A stretch of DNA of 64,000 nt from Promethearchaeota archaeon (lineage in GTDB: Archaea; Asgardarchaeota; Lokiarchaeia; Sigyniarchaeales; SOKP01): positions 127,128-191,127 of the forward strand of contig RDOA01000001.1 in the NCBI GenBank assembly GCA_011364925.1, read 5' to 3'. Both the position numbers and the translations under genes were made by a program. Under the pieces are notes generated by a model. That model was not told where the DNA came from and did not search any database. It worked only from the letters and a program-made list of their open reading frames with translations. Of this stretch, positions 59,829-64,000 are shown one piece after another (positions within the stretch are counted from its first letter, which is position 1; each line of letters begins with the position of its first letter).

Positions 59829-60206
59829 ATGGAGACTAACGATTTTGTAAAATCTTTGAATGAAGTACAAGATTTAATGAGAGAAGAAAAGTACAAAGAT
59901 GCTCTAATTATATTAGATAAATTGAAAGAAGCTGATAAGGCGGGAAATTTTGATTATAATCTAACTCATAAATTATACCAGTTGATTTCAAATTCTCAAT
60001 CTCTTTACAACCAACAGAGAGTTTTGAGCATTATTAAACAAATTTCTAAGAAACAAAAATCAATATCTATGCTTGAGTTGATGAGGATCTTAATCGACCA
60101 AGAGAATATAGAGTTGGATGAACAACTTCTAAGAAGAGAAGTAGAAATTCTTATCTTAAGATCCTTATTAAACGGTAGGATCGAAGGAGATAAGATTATC
60201 TTTTAA
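59829..60206 (+). CDS. Small helical-repeat plus winged-helix (PCI-like) protein
   Basis: TPR-like hairpin EEKYKDALIILDKL; C-terminal ISMLEL...EVEILILRSLLNGRIEGDKIIF. Confidence 0.6.
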   Translation: METNDFVKSLNEVQDLMREEKYKDALIILDKLKEADKAGNFDYNLTHKLYQLISNSQSLYNQQRVLSIIKQISKKQKSISMLELMRILIDQENIELDEQLLRREVEILILRSLLNGRIEGDKIIF

Positions 60207-60351
60207 TCTCTTTAAAAATTTAGTATAGCACATATTTTTTTACCAGTAAAATGGCCTTTTTACACCAGAACTATTTAAATAGTAATCTCACACATTAATA
60301 TTAACAATAGTTTCTCACAAAAATGATTTGAATAATTAAGAGAGAGTTCAA

Positions 60352-61065
60352 ATGTATTGTAAATGGTGTGGTTCAGAAATACCGGAAGACGCGAAAATTT
60401 GTCCACATTGTGGAGAAGTTTTAAGAGATAAAGAAGCTGCTACTCCAGAAAGAGAAGGCGCAAGGTTGGAGGAAGAGATCGAACGAGACTTATATGCTTT
60501 TTTTAATAAAAATATAGGTTCTGCCTACTCTGTGAATGCCTTAAAAAACAGGTTAAGCGAGATAGTAAAAGATTATACCGCTAGAGCATATAGTTCTCAA
60601 CATCTCCAAAAAATTTTGTATAAAATGACTCAAAAAGGTCATCTGAAGGCATCATATCACAATAATGAAACCCATTACCATTTTTTAGAAGCAAAGAAAG
60701 AAGAACCTGCTAAAACAACTTATACTGGTGAATCGCTAAAAAAATTGCACGACATCCCTCCTACGACACAATCTATATTGAAAGAGCCAATTGAACCTCA
60801 TCGAACCGAACATATAAAACCTCGTAATGAAGGCAAAATTGCTGCTTTAGTCGTTACTGGTGTAATTGGAGGTATATTATTGCTTGTTGGAATTCTTTAT
60901 TTATCCAATGCAATAGGAGGAGGATTTTTTTGGACCGGTTTACCTACAGGAGCAACACTGGCTATAATAGGTATTATAATTTTAGCTGTAGTACTTGGTA
61001 TAGCAAGCAAGGGAGCATGTTGTGCTGACTTCTTTTGCGATGATTGTTGTTGTGATGCTTGTTAG
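60352..61065 (+). CDS. Zinc-ribbon / wHTH-like / TM-hairpin protein with a Cys-rich tail
   Basis: YCKWCG..CPHCG, two TM helices, C-terminus GACCADFFCDDCCCDAC. Confidence 0.75.
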   Translation: MYCKWCGSEIPEDAKICPHCGEVLRDKEAATPEREGARLEEEIERDLYAFFNKNIGSAYSVNALKNRLSEIVKDYTARAYSSQHLQKILYKMTQKGHLKASYHNNETHYHFLEAKKEEPAKTTYTGESLKKLHDIPPTTQSILKEPIEPHRTEHIKPRNEGKIAALVVTGVIGGILLLVGILYLSNAIGGGFFWTGLPTGATLAIIGIIILAVVLGIASKGACCADFFCDDCCCDAC

Positions 61066-61096
61066 AACTTAATTAATTAAATTAAAAGAATTCAAT

Positions 61097-61546
61097 ATGC
61101 TTGACAAGAATGAAAAGCTAGTTGTCATTGGATGGTTAGCACATCACAACCCCGAGCGTAAAGATTTTAAAAACCATGTATTTATTCTGTTCAATCACGC
61201 TTTCTGCATTGGTTGTTTCGCATTTTTGCTTGGAGTAATTGCTGCGTTGATAACAGCTAATTTATTTTATCTTTATATTGTAGATTTCGTACAATTTCCC
61301 ATTGCTCTCGCTATATTTTTAATCGGTTGGATTCCATCTATCCTCCAATATTCTATTCAAATTATAACGAAAAATCCTCTTAGGAGTAGAACGATAAAAT
61401 TTTTAATTCGCTTCTTATATCCATTAGGTAGTATTATTTTTATCTTCAGCTCACCATTATGGGGATTTCTTCTTGCGATCCCTGCGGGTTATGCAATTAT
61501 AAAAATTAGAAAGCTGAAAAACAGAATATTATCCGAAAAAAATTGA
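61097..61546 (+). CDS. Membrane protein, DUF2085-like
   Basis: HHNPER..F...CIGC motif followed by TM helices. Confidence 0.6.
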   Translation: MLDKNEKLVVIGWLAHHNPERKDFKNHVFILFNHAFCIGCFAFLLGVIAALITANLFYLYIVDFVQFPIALAIFLIGWIPSILQYSIQIITKNPLRSRTIKFLIRFLYPLGSIIFIFSSPLWGFLLAIPAGYAIIKIRKLKNRILSEKN

Positions 61547-61683
61547 AGGAGTTCCTAGATAAATAAATCAACGAAAAAAATCACAAATATGCATACTAAA
61601 TAATTGAGTTTCCGATTATAATTTCTCTTTATTTTACATTCTATCTAAATTGAAATGCGAAAAACGAAACATTTTATCTTAAT

Positions 61684-62043
61684 TTAAATAAAATCGCGCT
61701 TTTCTTTGATTTTATCAAGATAAATTTTTATTTGCATCATACTTGCATTTTGATCTTCTGCTATATCCTGTAAAGTTTTACCCAGATTAAAATATTGATT
61801 TTTCAACCAAGACAAATCTTGAAAATCATATTTTCTTTTGAGAGTTTGCTTAGATTTTTCAATAAATTCATCTTTAGATGTTGAAGGTGGTTTATCTAAA
61901 ATAATAGCGAGTAAGAATCCTGGAAGGACTATAAATATCAATTCTGAAAAAAAGAAAAACACGGACACAAATATAATCATGAAGGGTATAAAAAGGCAAA
62001 TTAGCAATTCACCAAAATAAATCTCTCTCTCTCGCTTGCTCAA
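61684..62043 (-). CDS. Hypothetical TM protein with an HTH-like C-terminus
   Basis: N-terminal TM hairpin; WLKNQY..GKTLQDIA...SMMQI. Confidence 0.55.
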   Translation of the reverse strand: MSKREREIYFGELLICLFIPFMIIFVSVFFFFSELIFIVLPGFLLAIILDKPPSTSKDEFIEKSKQTLKRKYDFQDLSWLKNQYFNLGKTLQDIAEDQNASMMQIKIYLDKIKEKRDFI

Positions 62044-62234
62044 GCACTAATTCACTTAAATTAAAAATTTTTTTTCACTATGAATTTGACGTACATTTAT
62101 GAAAGAAAATTTAAATTTATTTTCATATAAGTTCACTAGATATAAGTAGAAGTTAAAAGCATATTAGATTTTTTTATTAGAATTTTTTCTTGTTAAGTAA
62201 GATTTAACCGAGTTTAAAGTCCAAAATAATACTA

Positions 62235-62753
62235 TTGAAAATAAAATGCGAAAGATATATGAATGAGACTAGTATGTCTTTAAAAGACAAATTTTCAGGT
62301 ATTACTACGATGTTGGGTTTAATACTAGTTATAATATCAATATTTGTTTGTTATTTTACAATAATTAGAATTAGTTGTGGAAGGAGAAATCTGGTTATCC
62401 CACTTTATTTTAATTTATTTTCCACTTTATCAGGAGGAATCACCTTAATTACTAGCAGTTTATACAGCCGGGGAAGGGGAATCTTGCTATTACATTTTGG
62501 TGTGTTCAGTTTACTACTATTTCTAATTTATATTCCAAATTTGTATTCTCCTTATAATGAATTTCTCTATATCCTCTATATTCTTTTTGGAATTCCATGG
62601 CCTGTTCTATCTGGGATATCCTCAATCTTTTTAGGATTTCTGATATTATTTAAGAAGAAATATTATGCTAATATTATCGTTTATCTTCTTCTTATTTACA
62701 ACATATCCTTTGTTATTTTAATAAGTTCTCCTAAATTTTTTTGCATGTTATAA
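62235..62753 (+). CDS. Hypothetical multi-pass membrane protein
   Basis: About 5 hydrophobic helices; start uncertain. Confidence 0.55.
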   Translation: MKIKCERYMNETSMSLKDKFSGITTMLGLILVIISIFVCYFTIIRISCGRRNLVIPLYFNLFSTLSGGITLITSSLYSRGRGILLLHFGVFSLLLFLIYIPNLYSPYNEFLYILYILFGIPWPVLSGISSIFLGFLILFKKKYYANIIVYLLLIYNISFVILISSPKFFCML

Positions 62754-62885
62754 AACTGAACAGTCATATGAAAATCACATTTATTCAATAAAATATGAAT
62801 ATAGTTTATTCAAGACTTATCTAAAAAAATCGGCTTTTTTAAACTTATTTTGATATCTACATAAAAACAAGTTAGTATTTTTACA

Positions 62886-63479
62886 ATGATAATTGATCAA
62901 CTAACTCGAAGCATACAGCTTAAAATCTGCTATTTCGGACCAGCGCTCTCCGGCAAGACTACGTCAATAAAGGCGTTATTCAACCATTTTGGGAAGAGGG
63001 ATCGCGTTTTGAGTATCGATAGCAGCATCCGCCGAACCCTCTTCTTCGATTATGGAACCATTGATTTTGAAAATCAACAATGGCATCTAAAAATTCATCT
63101 CTATTCCACAACAGGCCAGGATTTTTACATTATTACGCGTCCTGTCACGTTACAAGCGATAGATGGGATAATATTTGTAGCGGATTCGCAGCAAGATGTA
63201 TATTACCGAAATTTAACTTCTTGGAATGAATTATGCAGTTATTTTGAAGATACAATCCTTACGCTTCCTAAAGTTATTTGCTTTAATAAGCAAGATTTAC
63301 CAGATAAATTTAGTCCAGCAGTATTCTTAGAGAACATAAATTATTTTAAGTTCAAGAGTATAGACTATAAAAAAACGATCGCGGTAAATGGAGAGGGGAT
63401 ATTAGATAGTTTCGAGGAAATACTCAGTCTCGTTTTTAAGAACTTATACAAAAGCCAAATTGTAGCAGCACTCCAATGA
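62886..63479 (+). CDS. MglA-like small GTPase
   Basis: KICYFGPALSGKTT (G1), RRTLFFDY (G2), TTGQ (G3), DGIIFVADS, NKQD (G4), A..GEG. Confidence 0.9.
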   Translation: MIIDQLTRSIQLKICYFGPALSGKTTSIKALFNHFGKRDRVLSIDSSIRRTLFFDYGTIDFENQQWHLKIHLYSTTGQDFYIITRPVTLQAIDGIIFVADSQQDVYYRNLTSWNELCSYFEDTILTLPKVICFNKQDLPDKFSPAVFLENINYFKFKSIDYKKTIAVNGEGILDSFEEILSLVFKNLYKSQIVAALQ

Positions 63480-63495
63480 TTTAAACCCAATGTTA

Positions 63496-64000
63496 TTAAA
63501 AGAAATTTGAAGCTAATGGGGTCTGAATTCTGATTTCTTTTTGTGAGTTATCTGTTAAAACACAGATTAGTGCAGTGATATTTTGCTTTGTGTGATAAGT
63601 TATTTCTTTTTCTTCCCCAGCTTCCCAACGGTTAAACCCGGTCAGATTCGGAGTTGATTCAAATAATCCTTCCTGAAGTCCCGAGATGCTCACAGACACG
63701 CCATGTAAAGCTTCTTTTGAGATATTTTTTATTTTAATGCTATATTTTTCTAAATCAGAATCAATTGAGGTAATTTTATATACCTTCTGAAATTTTGATG
63801 AAACGCTGTCAAAAATTGAAGGTGCTCCCGCAGTGTCTCTAGAAAACAAATCAGCTCCTTTGCCTTTCTCTCCTACCGGCTTTGCCACGATGGTAATTGG
63901 TACTTCAAATCTAATCAACTCTTTTCCAAATTCAGGTTTAGGCTTTCCAATAAATAGTAAAGACCACTTCACGTAAGAACCGTATTTCATTCCCCAATAC
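63496..64000 (-). CDS. Hypothetical beta-rich protein, probably 5'-truncated by the window edge
   Basis: The frame stays open upstream of ATG 63990 (…YWG-MKYG…) to the window end. Confidence 0.6.
   Translation of the reverse strand, partial: YWGMKYGSYVKWSLLFIGKPKPEFGKELIRFEVPITIVAKPVGEKGKGADLFSRDTAGAPSIFDSVSSKFQKVYKITSIDSDLEKYSIKIKNISKEALHGVSVSISGLQEGLFESTPNLTGFNRWEAGEEKEITYHTKQNITALICVLTDNSQKEIRIQTPLASNFF

Noticed and set aside
1-64000. tRNA, rRNA, transposase, integrase or selenoprotein (in-frame TGA) genes
   Set aside because: None recognised by eye; a covariance-model scan would be needed to exclude small RNAs

Overview
AT-rich, gene-dense archaeal DNA, most consistent with an Asgard archaeon (Lokiarchaeia/Promethearchaeia-like). 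This is inferred from the archaeal L10e, GGTGA-type ribosome-binding sites, an MglA-like GTPase, many zinc-ribbon membrane proteins and eukaryote-like domains. The housekeeping genes are dnaK-dnaJ with a divergent grpE, a split B12-dependent acyl-CoA mutase with meaB, and rpl10e. About 35 kb (18.8-53.7 kb) holds ten radical SAM genes, six of them B12-binding, mixed with lipid and glycan tailoring genes. The standout is a seven-gene operon (36264-46408). It encodes two rSAM/SPASM enzymes, a B12-rSAM, an ABBA-type aromatic prenyltransferase and three U32-family proteins, one fused to an SCP2 lipid-binding domain. Five of the seven proteins carry the same ~80-aa DUF2621/PCP_red-like helical module, which suggests a docked, O2-independent pathway to a prenylated aromatic (quinone-like) lipid. 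Other notable items are an HhH-BRO1-like fusion, a beta-helix/TM/acidic-repeat/WD40 receptor-like protein, a B12-rSAM gene with no canonical start codon, and an acyl-CoA synthetase alpha subunit lacking its catalytic His loop. No rRNA, tRNA, CRISPR array or mobile element was recognised. All family calls come from motif recognition by eye, not from database searches.
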